Source of the DNA: Hypanus sabinus
Taxonomy: Eukaryota
Reading direction: 5' to 3'
DNA length: 64,000 nucleotides
Assembly: GCF_030144855.1 (NCBI RefSeq)
Contig: NC_082712.1
Coordinates: forward strand, 29,636,001-29,700,000
Shown: positions 1-13,910 of the stretch, in pieces
Layout: every line of letters starts with the position of its first letter
How positions within the stretch are numbered: position 1 is the stretch's first letter
Notes under the pieces: generated by a model
What the model saw: only the letters and a program-made list of their open reading frames with translations
What the model was told of the DNA's origin: nothing
Databases searched by the model: none
Made by a program: the position numbers and the translations under genes

Positions 1-949
1 TTCCTGGTAAATTGTTACCAATTTCAGGGAAAACTATGGCTTCTTTTACTTGAATGCTTTCCTGAAAATAGTTATATGAATAAATTTCAGTCTTGCAGCA
101 ACCATTACTTCTGTATCACTCACCTAAAAAATTCTAGCTAAAGTTAAGCAACATCATTCATTGAAAATTGACCAACAGAAATCATTTTGAAATTGATCTC
201 ATAAAATATGCTTAAACATTTGCACTTTGTCCATGGTTTTATTTTCAAAGGTTTTATACTTAGAGCTGCAGTTCAGCATAGACACATGTCCCTTGGCCTA
301 ACTAGACCATGTCCACCATGACTCCCCTCTAAGATAGTTCCATCTGCCTATATTTGGCTCATATCTTTCTAAACTGTTCCTATTGATGTGCCAGTCCAAA
401 CGCTTTTTAAATGTTGTTAATATACTTGCTCCAGCCACTTCCTGATATCTACATGGTCACCCCACTTCCTATGTTTCAACAACATCACCCCTCATTCATC
501 TGAACTTTAAAGAAATCACAGCCAATCTGTTCTCATCTTCCGAGGATGAGAGATAACTTCATAATGATTTATAAGTAAGAGGTACTGATAGAGTGGACAG
601 CCAGCGACTTTTTCCTCAGGGCAGTAACAGCTAATATGAGATGACATTCTTTACAGGTGATTGGAGGAGCATGGACTGCTTGCTACCCTCATGATCTGTA
701 TCAGCTCCTTCCTGTGCCTAACAGCAGACCATTAGTTTGTGTAGAGATGACGAAAGATGAATTAGATGCCTATCTAGATCAGTGAGTTATGCACCCTTCC
801 TACTCTTAGTTCTTCCCCTCCTACAACTTCCTTACTCAAGTTCAAATTCAGATTGTGGACCAGCACCTCATCTTCCAATTAGGCTAGTCAAAATTTTTGA
901 TTACTGACTCTGTTGTTCTCAATTACCCTTCTTCCAGACACAACTATAA

Positions 950-1410
950 GTCAATAATGATGAAGGAACAGAATCAGGCCATTCAGCCCATCCAGTCTGC
1001 TCCAACATTCTATTACAGCTGGTTTAACATCTCTGTCAACCACATTCTCCTGTGTTCTCAGCATAGCCTTTGACAACCTAACTAATAAGAACCTTTCAAC
1101 CTCTGTTTTCAATATACCCAACGACTTAGCCTCCACAGCTGTCAATTAATTCCAAGGATTCACCACCTCTCATTAAACGAATTCCCCCTCATCTCTGTCC
1201 TAAAGGGGCGTATATGTATTTTGAGGCTGTGTCCTCTGGTCACCTCTACAATAGGAAACATCCCCTCATTGTCCAATCTTTCTAGGCCTTCCAATATTCA
1301 ATAGGTTTTAATTCTCAATCCCTCATTCTTCTAAACTCCAGCAAGTACAGGTGCAGAGCCATCAAACACTTTTATTCCCAGGATCTCTCTCTGAACCCTC
1401 TCCAAGTATA
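950..1410 (-). mobile_element. CR1 LINE 3' fragment (decayed)
   Basis: Minus-strand translation (LGILKTEVERFL) and the 3' UTR hairpin region (ggccattcagccca) match the ends of the longer CR1 copies in this window. Confidence 0.75.
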
Positions 1411-1427
1411 ACATCATTACTTATTCC

Positions 1428-1760
1428 TGGGTGGCAGGGTGAAGATATGTTTCTACCAAAGGAGGGGCAAGGCGCTCCTTCCCTCCACTAGCCTGGAGGT
1501 CACCTTTGGGCAAGGTACAGCATCTGCTTAGAACCCCCCACAAAAATATCAGGATCACGTGAAGCTATGGGAGCAGCTGGTCAATATCACAAGTCCTGGT
1601 TACATGACCACTGATGCCAGGCAAATAATCTCTAAAGAGTAATGATAATAACTGGGGTTACTTGTCTTGTAAAGACACTGCCCAGAAGAAGGCAATGGCA
1701 AATCACTTCTGTAGAAAAAATTGCCAACAATAATTATTGTCATGGAAAGACCATGATTAC
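1428..1760 (+). mobile_element. RTE/BovB-related non-autonomous retroelement
   Basis: 3' part agaaggcaatggcaaatcacttctgta...ttgccaa resembles the BovB/RTE 3' tail; there is no ORF. Family assigned from memory. Confidence 0.55.
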
Positions 1761-4214
1761 AGTACATAACAAATGGACAAACTTGTTCCATTATAATTAT
1801 ATTGATTCATATCACATTGATTTCTTACTTTCTTTCCTTCCAACTGTAATTCCCCCAAATTATAAACTGTGCTTATCTCTATTTTGCCCACTTCTGAAAG
1901 ATAATTGACATGAAATGTTAATCCTATATCTCATACCACAGAGGTTACCTGAGCTGTGCTGAACTTACTATTTTATTCAGAGTTGGTTAGAGCATTCAGG
2001 GAGCATTCAAAGACAGTGGATAGGATTTAAATATCTGCCTGAATGCAGGTTAGGGATTAAATTAAAATAGTCTTTATGCCTCTTGAACAAAGAATAAATA
2101 AAAGCATTTATGACTGTATAGGATCCTTTACATCCATTTTAGATTGGAATGGTCAAGCTGAGCCCACAGTAAACCTGGTAGAAGTGGTGAAATTGATCCA
2201 ATGCAGCAGTCACCATAGGATTACAGAGTCATTTATGCTGCAACTGATTTTCACTTCCATAGATTTTAAACAAAATGGACTCCTGATTCACCAATGACTT
2301 TTTGTCTCCTACCTGGAACAACTTTACTCCGTTCATCTCTGACGTTTCCATGTTCCCCAATATTTCACTGAAATGTCATGCGGACTATATAACCAGGTCT
2401 CTGAATCTAGATTTTCTATTCAGGGATGAAAGTACCAGCAGAAGCCCAACAAATACTCTATTCAAAGTCACTTATAAGATTGACTGCTTCTATTTTCCTT
2501 TAGCTCTTCCAAACAACCATTAATTGCCCTACAACGACCAGACTCCTGAATCAGTGTGGATAACTTCAATCAGCAATACTGTGAACTGATTCTTTGACAC
2601 ACAGACTCAGTTTCAAGGACTCATGTACTCAGTATTATTTTTATCCGCAGAGTTTGTCTTCTTTTTCACATTGGTTGTTTGTCAGTCTTTGTTAATAGTT
2701 TTTCATAAATACTACTGTATTTTCCTGTAAGAAAATGAATCTCAAGGATGTATATGGTAACATATACATACTTTGACAATGGATTTACATTGAAATTCGC
2801 TAATTTAAAACAAACTTTTTTTTCATATTAGATGACTTGATATTTTTCAAATTTACATTTCATATTATCTTAGCCTTGCCCATTCATTTCACCTGCTGCC
2901 CTCTTCCTACCCACCCTCCCACATCTCTCAGCATCTTCCCTCCTTTCTCCCACCTAACTTAGTGCCATCAGCAAACATGAATGAACTATACTAGCATCCC
3001 TCAGTCAAACCAGTCACACCCTTACAGACTATTTATTCCTTCTGCTTTCTGTTCAACAATCAATCCGTATCCATAAATTACTATCAATATCATGGGCTCT
3101 GATCCTGTTTATTAACCTATTGTATAAAGTTTAATCATGCTGCGTCATCTGGCTGACTTCACTTATTCTTTTAGTTAAACTTAAAAAAAAATCCAGTCAA
3201 ATTTGTTTTTTCTTTGATAAACATTGACTCTCCCCAATATTACGATCTTCAATGTCTCCTGTTACCACTTCTTTAATCATAGATTTCAGTCTCATCCCTC
3301 CTACTGATGGCAGGCTGCAGTTCCCTTTATCCTCTCCAAAACAGTGAGTTTACACTTGTTGCCTTCTGCTCTATAAGAGCAGTTTTTGAATCTTTGGAAT
3401 TTTGGAAAATGTTTGAATCTATTATCCCCACAGTCACCTCCTTCAAAACCCATTAATTTCCCCAATACTTAACATTAGCAATGCTAATTCCTTTGAGTTC
3501 ATTGTTCATCCTAGATCTACAGTCTTCTGCTATTCCCCTGTAGTTTTCTTCTAAAAGGTCACAAAATATTTGTTTGTTTTCTCTGCCTTTGCAAACAAGA
3601 TGAAAGAACTGGCATGTGAAGGGAATGCAGATGCGGGAATCTGGAGCAATATCATTATGTTGGAGGAATTGAGTGGGGTGAGTGTTCTAGTCCAGGTAAT
3701 CCAGATGAAGAGTGTGAACCCAAAACACAGACTGTCGTTTTCCCTCCACAGGTGCTGCTGGACCCTTTGAGTTACACTTGAATCTTGTTTAACTTCTATA
3801 GGAATCCTCTCTCACAGCAGTCATCTATGGTTTGATTAATATTTGATATTGCAATTAAATCATCCACCAGTAATCTGTGATTAATGACTAGCATCTGTGG
3901 AATTAATTCACATTTTGACAGAGTACTAAACCTGATATATTTTTCTAATGCTTAAAGCTGTAAAATTACATTAACCTAAAATTAAATTTGCACTCTTTTT
4001 GCAGATTTGAATTAAAACTTATCTAACGATAATATAAGAGAAGATGAATCAATGAACATCATTCAGAATTGCAAAGTAAACAATTATCACTAGCCAGATG
4101 TATAGTTGCTATACTTCAAGGAAGAATCACCTTTAAGCCATAGAATTACAACAATGACTAAGCCTCAGTATATTTTGCAATAATTTGTTATAAGAGTTGG
4201 TAAAAGAATAAAAA

Positions 4215-4520
4215 CAAGGAATTCTGCAGATGCAGGAAATCTTAAGCAAAACACAGAAAATGCTAGGGAACTCAGAAAGTCAGACAGCATCTATGGAAAT
4301 AAATACACAGTTGACATTTCAGCCTGAGATTCTTCTTCAGGACTGGAAAGGAAGGGGAAGATTTCAGAATAAAAAGATGAAAGGAGGGGAAGGAAGTTAG
4401 CTTGAAGGTGATAGGTGAAGACAGGTAGGTAGGGAAGCTAAAGGGCTGAAATAGAAGGAACATGATAGGAGAGGAGAGTAGAACATAGGATAGAAGAGTG
4501 GAGCACTGGTAAAGGCATGC
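4215..4520 (-). mobile_element. Penelope-like element terminal-repeat remnant with hammerhead-like motif
   Basis: ctgcagatgc...ggaactcag...gcagcatctatgg block, then minus-strand CTGAAGA...GAAATGTC (4308-4345) and a purine-rich tract. The same block flanks the GIY-YIG remnant at 34.3-35.6 kb. Confidence 0.65.
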
Positions 4521-5149
4521 TTTTGATTCCCTAAGAGTGCAATCAAAAAACCCCACTGCAAGAAAGAGACCACTTAGTTCACCTCATGGGCCTTTCTTTG
4601 AAAGTGCTATCTAATTAGGCCCATTCCTGTATCAATTCATCACAGATTTCCATTTATTCTATTCCAAGCATATTGAAAGCTTGTTGAATCTGCCTTCATC
4701 CCCTGCCTTAAAATAAGTGCCCCATCTTCCTCACAGTGCTCGTCAACTAGCCTAAATCTGGGTTCTGCTTACCATAACAAGGACATAAGAAACAGAGACA
4801 GGAGTTAGGCCATTTAATTTCAAATGTCTGCTTCCCCATTCAATACGACCATGATTAAAATTTTACTTCAGCTCCACATTCCCTCACTAATCCCAAAGCC
4901 CTTAATATCTGAAAAATCTATCAATGCCTATCTTAAATATATTCAGAAGTTGAGTGGCCACAGTTCTCATGAGAATTGGTCCAATGCCTCAATCTTGGCC
5001 CACAAGTTTTATTTCAGTCCAGAAGGGCTGATACCTTCACCATCATTTATTTTACTATTTCAACCGCATCCACCAACTCTTCTGACTGTAGAAACGGACT
5101 ACCTTTCTTTATTTTGTCAAATGCTTAATTAATTCACTCTAGGGAGAAC

Positions 5150-5520
5150 AGAAGACTTGCAGCAACAAAACAATTGCCGGGGAACTCAGCTGGTCAGGCA
5201 GCATCAGTGGGGAGAAAGAAATGGCGGACGTTTCAGGTTGAGATCATGCATCAGAAATGTTTAGAGGATTGCCGACGTAAAGAGGGGGGGAGGAATGAAG
5301 TACGGGGAAGATGGAGTCTATCATCCCTTACTCTACCTAGGTCCATCTATCATTTTCACTCCTTCCCTCCGTTAATATTGTCTATCTTTTCTGTACACCC
5401 TCAGGGTTTCGACCTGAAACGTCAACCATTGCTCTTCCTTCACAGATGATGCCCGACCGGCTGTGTTCCTCTGCAGTTTTTTTTTTATTAATCAGATTTC
5501 AACATCTGCTTTCTCTTGTG
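5150..5520. mobile_element. Fold-back (inverted pair) Penelope-derived repeat
   Basis: ggaactcagctggtcaggcagcatc...gacgtttcaggttgaga on the left is inverted as tttcgacctgaaacgtc...gatgatgcccgaccggctgtgttcc on the right. Confidence 0.65.
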
Positions 5521-5639
5521 TTTTGCAGATAGGAATCTCCTTCCACACTGTCTGGAAGTGTCATTTCAAAAGATTATTACTATTTTTGGGATAATCCGCT
5601 GCCAACTTCCCACATATCTTGAGCCCCACCATTGAACAC

Positions 5640-6085
5640 GTCAGCATGGAGCACTATGGCAGAAAGCAGCATCCATCATCAAAGACCCCCGCCATCCACG
5701 ACATGCTCTCTTCTCGCTGCTGCTGTCACGAAGGAGGTACAGGAGCCACAGGACCCACACCACTAGGTTCAGGAACAGTTATTAGCCCTCAACCATCAGG
5801 CTCCTGAACCAGAACGGATAACTTCACCCGCCCCATCACTGAACTGTTCACACGAACTGTGGTCTCACTTTCAATGACTCGTCATCTCATGTTCTCAACA
5901 TTTATTTATTATTTTTTCTCTTTGGTCTTTGCACATTGTTTGTTTGTCCGTCCTGTGCGGTGCGGGCTTTCATTGTTTATATTGTGTTTCTTGGATTTAC
6001 TGTGTATGTCTGCAAGAAAACGAATCTCAGGGTTGTAAATGGTGACATTTATGTATTTTACTAACACATTTAATTTGAACTTTGA
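5640..6085 (+). mobile_element. Rex1/Babar-like LINE 3' end
   Basis: aaagcagcatccatcatcaaagacccc...aggttcaggaacagtta...aatctcagggttgta...tttgaactttga; the same end occurs at 42.4-42.9 kb and about 38.0 kb. Confidence 0.65.
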
Positions 6086-7009
6086 TTAAGTCCCTACAGA
6101 TTTCAGCGAGAAAAGCGTTACTAATGTTCATTACAAGAGAAAACAGCAAAGTTGTCACTTAAGGTAATGGGCCAGGATACGGTAATCTTTGGTTCTGGGG
6201 AAAAAGCTAAAACCCTTCCACTTTTATCACCAGTCCCGAGGAAGGGTGGCTGACCCCAAACCTAAACCGCTTTCTCTTTCTAAAGGTGCTGATTGACTGG
6301 CTGAGCTTTTCCAGCTTTTCTTGATTTTGTTTCAAAATTTCCGATAGGTGCTGTTCCCAGATCGTTAAAGGAACACCCCTCCCCCAAGGTTCTATACACT
6401 GATAAGTTTTGAAAAGTTACAAAAGTAAATAGCTGGTTACTTTGCGCGATTGCTTCTGTGGTAGGATCCTGTTCATGTAAGAGGTCCACATCGTGCGCTG
6501 TTGTGAGGTTTGCATCCGATCACTGTCTTTCTCGTACACCATTACGTGTTGCTTTTCTCGCTTGGTGCTTTCAACACAGACTCGAGTCGAGTTCTTGGAA
6601 ACAAAGAAAACAAAATCTGGTTAAAGAGGACCTTGCCTCTGTCGGTGCTCAAATCAAATCAGTTTCAGAAATAATCTGGCGGATTTGCGAGGGGAGTCCA
6701 GTAAAAAGCAGGACAGGCAGTTGCTGCGATGTGGTTGCACCTTTTCCAGGAATGCTGGTCCATCGCACCGACTTTAAGCGGCTTAGTATTCCAAATAAAG
6801 AAGGCGAGTCTCTATTGCAGAAAAAGCCAACACAAACATCTCTGCGTGTCACCGGCCCAATCCTTACAATAAACTTAACTACAACACCAAACAGTAACAC
6901 CACTCCCATAGCAACCAACAACTTCCTCACTCTTCACAGCCCTTTCCCCAACTCTCTGTCGTCATTTTTTAATTTTAGAAGCAGAGATTCCTTTACGTTT
7001 TTAGTATGT

Positions 7010-9230
7010 GTTAAACTTTTTTGGCCATCTACATTAATCCTATTTGCCTTCAGTAGGTCTATATCGTTCTGTGGCTTGCCTATATAAATGCCTGCTTAAC
7101 TGTAATGATTGTACCTGACTCCACAGCCTCTTCTGAAGTAAGTATAACCATTCTCTGTGTAAAAATAAATCCCAGCAAATCCCATTCAAAATTCCTTCCT
7201 CTCATCTTAAACCTACACCTGCTTGTTTTTCATACTCTACCATTGGAAAAAAGTTGATTATCTACCCTATAACTTATAACTTTACGTAACTTTCAAGTCA
7301 CCCAGCTGTCTCCTTCACTTTAGAGAAAATAAGTCTATTCAATCTCTCACTATTACTAAAGACCTTCAGTCTAGATAACACCTGGTGAATCCACACCCCC
7401 CCCCCGACTCTTTTCAGAATATTCACATCCTTTTTATATTATGCCTACCAGAATTGCACAAAATAGCCGAAGGGTGACCTAACCAGTGAAAACAATGTCT
7501 CAGCTTTTATATTCTTAAAGGGCAAGCATGTTAAACACCTTATCAACCTGTGTTGCACTTCAAGGAAACTATGAACCCCAAGTTTCTGAACCCTCTGTTT
7601 ATAAACATCCCTTACTGCCATGCTATTTATTGTATACATTATACCCCATATGACTTCCTAAAATATAATGCTTGCTATAATTATACTCCATCTCTGAATG
7701 TTCTGCCTAACTTTACATCTAATCCACATCCTGCTTTATTATTAAACACTAGTCACACTACCACCAACATACCTCTGATAATCACATCTAACCAGGTAAT
7801 ATACTGTATGTCACAAATAGCAAAGATTCCAGCACCATTCCTGGCAACATTCAACTGGTCACAGACTTTGAATCAGAAAAACAGCTTTCTACCATTACCC
7901 ACTGTCAATCACAAAGCTAACGGTGTATCTAATTAACAAATTTACCTTGGATCCTATATGCCTTAATCTTCTATTCAGAGGTAAATTCCATAGAATGTCT
8001 ATCACCCTACCTTTATCAATCTTCTTAGTTACCTCCTAATAAAAACACTATCAAATCAGTGAGGCAGGATTTCCTCTCCTCAAAGCCCTGTCTATGATGG
8101 ATAAGCCCCTGACTTTCCAAATGTACATTTTCCTGTAACTTAGCATTTTCTCCAGGCTCACTAACCTATAATTACCTGGCTTATCTATTATATACTTCCC
8201 AAATAGAGGAACAGTATTAACTCTTTCTTTTTCAATCTTTTTATTAATATCAACATATTAATAGTTAACATACAAGAATATACACTCAATTGGTACAAGG
8301 GAATTAAGTCTCCCAAAATCATACATTGTACAAATATAACGTACACATAGCAAAGAGAATTGGAATAACAATAAGAAAAAAGAAATTAAACAGAAATTTT
8401 ATATATATATACCCCCAAAAAACTAAACTATCCAAGGCTAACTACTAACTTAAAAAAAAGAAAAGAAAAAGAAACTTGGGTTGTTTATAATATCTAAAAA
8501 AAAAGAAAAAGAACTGTAAGTGTCATCAACTCCAATCCTCTCTACACGTATAAAACCAAAAGAATAAAAAGAAATAGGTTTGGAAAAGGTCAGATTACAT
8601 CATATGAAAATATTGAATAAATGGCCTCCAAGTCTTTTTAAATTTAATAGAAGGATCATATATAACACTTCTAATTTTTTCCAAGGAACAGTATTAACTC
8701 ACCTCCATTTTTCTTGCATTTCAACAGAGGATAACAAAGATGAAAATAGCTCCATCAAATCCTTTCCTTTCTTCCCATAGCAACCTGGGATAGATCTCAT
8801 CTTGCCCTGAGAATTTGCCAACAGTGTTGCATTCCAGGATGTCTAAAATCTCCTCCTTCTAAAACACTGATTATCCACATACTCCTCCCTGAGCCCACCA
8901 TCTTCCATGTGCATATCCTTGGTGAATACAGCATTGCCTGGATCCAAGCATAGGTGACTTCTTTTAGGTCCCAAGTGTCTCTTTCCCCAGCTACCTTCAA
9001 TTTTTTAAATATCCATGAATGTCTTGGAATTCTCCTTAATTTGCCAAGTATATTCATTCTCTTATTTTGCCCTGCTGATTTCTTTCTTAATTCCTTCACA
9101 ATTCCTCAAGAGGCTCCCTTGATCCCAATTAAGTATTCTTGCCACGTTTCCTTTTATTCCTGATCAAGCCTTCAACATCTTCTGTCATCTAAAATCCCCT
9201 AACCTTATTATCTTTGCCTTTGTCTTTTGA
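7010..9230 (-). mobile_element. Old degraded CR1 LINE, interrupted by an L1 fragment
   Basis: Remnant RT-region motifs on the minus strand (LVRSP..YFVQFW in ORF 7445-7639); many stops. Confidence 0.6.
8224..8683 (-). mobile_element. 5'-truncated L1 (ORF2 C-terminus, 3' UTR, A-rich tail) with 17-bp TSD
   Basis: Direct repeat aggaacagtattaactc at 8207-8223 and 8684-8700. The minus strand reads LEKIRSVIYDPSIKFKKTWRPFIQYFHMM*, a fish-type L1 ORF2 end, followed by AATAAA and an A-rich end. Confidence 0.85.
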
Positions 9231-11599
9231 TCAATCCCTGTGTAATATGTATGATTAGTAATTAAAGATCTGTGCATTTTCAGGTGGAGAAAAATAATAA
9301 ATTTCATACTGGCGTGGTTATATTGCTAAAACTGTCAGCTTAACACCTTCATACAAATTGTTTTGGCCACTTCTTTACAGATATGAATTACCTGCCCTGA
9401 CTGGCTTAGTCCTGCTTCTGCTGTTAGGTTAACTCTTTCAGTGAAGAATCCCTTTGCAATTGCGATATACTCTTGTATTTATTTTACTGATCAATTTTAC
9501 TCAGAGATAGATATCCACTCTTTGGAATACTATTACAATGCTGATAAAATTGGCATCTTTTATTTTAAAATATGACCAATTGTTGTCTTTTATTGTCTTT
9601 ATCAGCCCTTGTATTCAATTTTTTAAAATTATTTTTATGGTCCTGCACAGGAAGGTCTGGTCAAACTCAAAAATAAAACTGCAGGTGCTGAAAATCTGAA
9701 ATAAAAACAGAAAAGTCTGTAAACACTCAGCATATGAGGCAACATCTGTGGATAGAGTTAACGTTTGAGGTTGAAGATCCTTCCTCAGAACAGTTCCAGC
9801 ACCTTTTCCTGTCTCTACTTGAACCTGGTCAGCTGCTAATTATGGCTCTGCCAGTCAGATCAGCCAACATAAATATTATTTTTGTTTTGTTCTTTTTATC
9901 CCTCCCTCCGCAACTTTATCTGTATTTCAATTGTAAAGCATGTAAGTTCTGTTAATGGGTCATCGCAGAACAATAACTATCCTTACCTTTTTTACTGTTC
10001 TTTTAACTGAATGCTGACCAAAATCTTTCAAGTTGAAACATTCTTCCCCGCCTGATGCCTTGGCTCTTGTGTAATTTCTCCTCACCAATTCCATGTAGCC
10101 TTCGGGAGCAGTGAAAGCTGCTGATCCAATCTAATGAAGCTTGGCTCCCCTATTCTTTAGTGGAAAAACAAAAAGCCCTACAAGTAGTTTTTACTTCATT
10201 TAATTCATGTCTGTTTGTTTCCAATGGATTGAGTGTTAAAAAGAAATTCATCACCATTTAATAAAGCATGTGCAACTGGAAATCATTGAACGGTTTGCTC
10301 TCGAGTTGCATGCCTGTAAATTTGCATTTCATTTCACTTGAGGAGTCTTTGACTTAGAAAATTAATGTACGATTCTTTATATGGATGCTTACTCAATGCC
10401 TTTTCATTCTATTTTTACTTTTATCGAAAAAATACTATATTCTTAATATGTATAGTAAATAGCCTAAGGAAGTTTTTTTTTAAATCTACATTTTCTGTAC
10501 CAGAAATTTAATACATTTCTTTACAATGCATCAATGCCAATCATGCTTTTTTCTCTTTTTTAAATAATGTATTTGAGAATCAGCAAAGAGCTTATTACAC
10601 AGGGCACAGTCTTTCAATTTCCAGAGGCAACTGTACCTTAGACTGAGGCCCTTGCCCATGGTAGCCACATCAAGCTTCAGTGTCCCTTGGCACAAGTTGC
10701 TGCATTTTGGAACGTGCCAATTGGCAACAGTTGCATGTGATCATTTCCTTACATTGGAAAACTAACAGGTTTTCGGCAGACAAAAATGTGTTGTTGATTA
10801 TCTAGTAGCAATTAAGCTTTCAATTAATTTTCATGATTTCTCATCTCTAGAAAATGAAAGTTGTGTTAATAATCTGTACAGGAACAAACCTGTTAAGGTA
10901 AACATGCTTGACACAGCCCATAGATTTGTTAATTCACATACAGATGGAAGTGAATGGATGCAGATAATAATTACCCTTGACTGTGGGCAGTTAATGGTCA
11001 ATTACCATGGTAGTCTGTAGACACAGGATAGTTGGACTACCGCTTGTGAATGTATAAATATATATTGATTTATACATATATAAAAATGGAAAAGGCTTTA
11101 TATGTAAAAATGTTTATGTAATACTTATGAATACCTTATCCAAATTTTTTTTAAAGGAATTTTCTTGCTCATGAAGTGTTTTGGTATACTATTTCTATTA
11201 AAATGATGCATGCTTTTAGTAACTGAATATTTTGGGCTGACAACAATTGAGGGTTTCTCTGAATACCAAAGTTTAAACTGATATGTTTTGCATGTGATGC
11301 TAGTGTAGAAAACCCTCTTTACACCCCTCATCATTGTAAAAAGGTCACTCCTCATCTTCCCACATTCCAGTGAGAGGAAACCCAGATAATCCAAACTCTC
11401 CGTATAAATACAGCAACACACACAGAATGCTGATGGAACTCAGCACGCCAGGCAGCATCTATGGAAAAGAGTACAGTCAACATTTCGGGCCATGATCCTT
11501 CAGCAGAATTTTGTGTGCCAGTCTTGATAACTCTAAACCTCCAATATTCTGTGTGTAGTGACCATTACTAGTTATTATTGAAGGAACAATAAAGGTTGT

Positions 11600-12785
11600 T
11601 AAGTTGATGGAGAAGATCCTGAGAGGCAGGATTTATGAACATTTCGAGACGTATAATATGATTAGGAATAGTCAGCATGGCTTTGTCAAAGGCAGGTCAT
11701 GCCTTACGAGTCTGATTGAATTTTTTGAGGATGTGACTAAACACTTCGATGAACATAGAGCAGTAGATGTAGTGTATATGGATTTTAGCAAGGCATTTGA
11801 CAAGGTTCCCCATGCAAGGCTTATTGAGAAAGTAAGGAGGCATGGGATCCAAGGGGACATTGGCTTGTGGATCCAGAAGTGGCTTGCCCACAGAAGGCAA
11901 AGAGTGGTTGTAGATGGGTCATGTTTTGCATGAAGGCCGGTGACCAGTGGTGTGCCTCAGGAATCTGTTCTGGGATGTCTAGTCTTCGTGAGTTTTATAA
12001 ATGATTTTTGTAAGTGTGAGGTGGTTCATTTTGGTAGGTCAAATATGATGGGAGAATATAGTATTAATGGTAAGACTCCTGGCAGTGTGGATGATCAGAG
12101 GTACCTTGGGGTCCGAGTCCATAGGACACTCAAAGCTGCTGCACAGGTTGACTCTGTGGTTAAGAAGACATAAGATGCATTGGCCTTCATCAGTTGTGGG
12201 ATTGAGTTAGGAACCGAGAGGTAATGTTGCAGGAATATAGGACCCTGGTCAAACCACACTTGGAGTACTGTGCTCAGTTCTAGACGCCTCACTACAGGAA
12301 GGATGTGGAAACCATAGAAAGGGTTCAAAGGAGATATGCAAGGATGTTGCCAAGATTGGGGAGCATGCCTTCTGAGAATAGGTTGACTGAACTCGGCCTT
12401 TTTTCCTTGGAACAACGGTAGATGAGAGGTGACCTGATAGGGGTGTACAAGATGATGAGAGGCATTGATCGTGTGGATTGTCAGAGGCTTTTTCCCAGGG
12501 CGGAAATGGCTAGCACGAGAAGGCACAGTTTTAAGGTGCTTGAAAGTAGGTAAGTTTTTTTTATGCAGAAAGTGGTGAGTGCGTGGAATGGGCTGCCAGC
12601 GACAGTGATGGAGGCATTTACGACATGGTCTTTTAGAGATTCCTGGATAGGTACATGGAGCTTAGAAAAATAGAGAGCTATGGGTAATCCTAGGTAACTT
12701 CTAAGGTAAGGATCTGTTGGGCACAGTTTTGTGGGCCAGAGGGCCTGTATTGTACTGTAGGCTTTCTATGTAACCATGAATCATA
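11600..12785 (+). mobile_element. CR1 LINE RT fragment plus 3' end
   Basis: SQHGFVKGRSCLTSL, VDVVYMDFSKAFDKVPH and SGVPQ motifs; internal deletion and stops. Confidence 0.9.
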
Positions 12786-13114
12786 TATCGATTGCACTTT
12801 GAAACAGTAAAACATTCTGCTGAAGAAATTTAGTTGGTCAAGGAGCAACTGTGGTGAATGGGGAGGGGTGAGTTTTTGATATGTCAGGTTGAAACCTTGC
12901 ATCAGGGATGACGACTTTTCCTGTCATGCCACAGATGCTGCTCGACCAGCTATATTCCTTCAGCAGGTTGTTTCTCGGCCCGAAATATCAATGCCATAGA
13001 TGCTGCCCAACTCACGGAGTTCCAGCATTTCATGTCTGCCTCTCTGGATTTCCAGCATCTGCAGAATCAGTTGTGTTTATAATTTTAAGTTCTCTGGTGT
13101 TTACACTTTGAAAC

Positions 13115-13910
13115 ACTATAAGACCATAAGACATAGGGGCAGAATCAGGCCATTCAGCCCATCGATCCTGCTCTGCCATTTCATCATGGCTGATTCTGGA
13201 TCCCATTCAACCCCATACACGGCCATACTTGATGCCCCTGACCAGTCAGGAGTTTATCAATTTCCACTTTAAATATACCCACGGACTTGGTCTCAACCAT
13301 AGTCTGTGGCAGAGCATTCTACAGATTCACCACTCTTCGGCTAAAAAACAACCCTCCTGTTCTAAACGGTTGTCCCTCAGTTTGGAGGCCGTGCCCTCAA
13401 GTTCTGGATACCCCCACCACAGGGAACATCCTCTCCACACTGACCTTATCTAATCCTTTCAACATTTGGTCGGTGTCAATGAGAATCCCACGCATTCCTC
13501 TAAATTCCACTGAGTACAGGTCCAAAACTGCTAAATGCCTCTATGTTAATTCCCCTTCCCGGAACCATCCTCATGAACCTCCTCTGAACTCTCTCCAAAA
13601 CTGTTGACAATACTCCAAGTGCAGCCCGACTAGTGTCTTATAAAGCTTCAGCATATATTCAATTTTTATATTCAATTCACCTTTAGATAATTGGCAACAT
13701 TGTATTTGCCTTCTTTACCACAGACTCAGACTGTGAATTAACCTTCTGGGAATCTTGCATGAGGACTCCTAAGACCCTTTGCACATCTGATGTTTGAATT
13801 TTCTCCCCATTTAGGTAATTGCTCCTTTTACCAAAATGCATTATCATACATCTCCCAACACTGTACTCCATCTGCCACATTTTTGCCCAGTCTTCCAATT
13901 TGTCTAAGTC
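13115..13910 (-). mobile_element. CR1 LINE (host element, 3' part)
   Basis: WAKMWQMEYSVGRC...VVKKAN and an (accataag)-type tail; continues at 16668 after a nested insertion. Confidence 0.85.

Noticed and set aside
6458-7087. 209-aa ORF (and antisense 93-aa ORF 6649-6930) as a new gene
   Set aside because: Non-ATG start, no recognisable domain, no convincing splice structure, and the 3' end runs into CR1 sequence.
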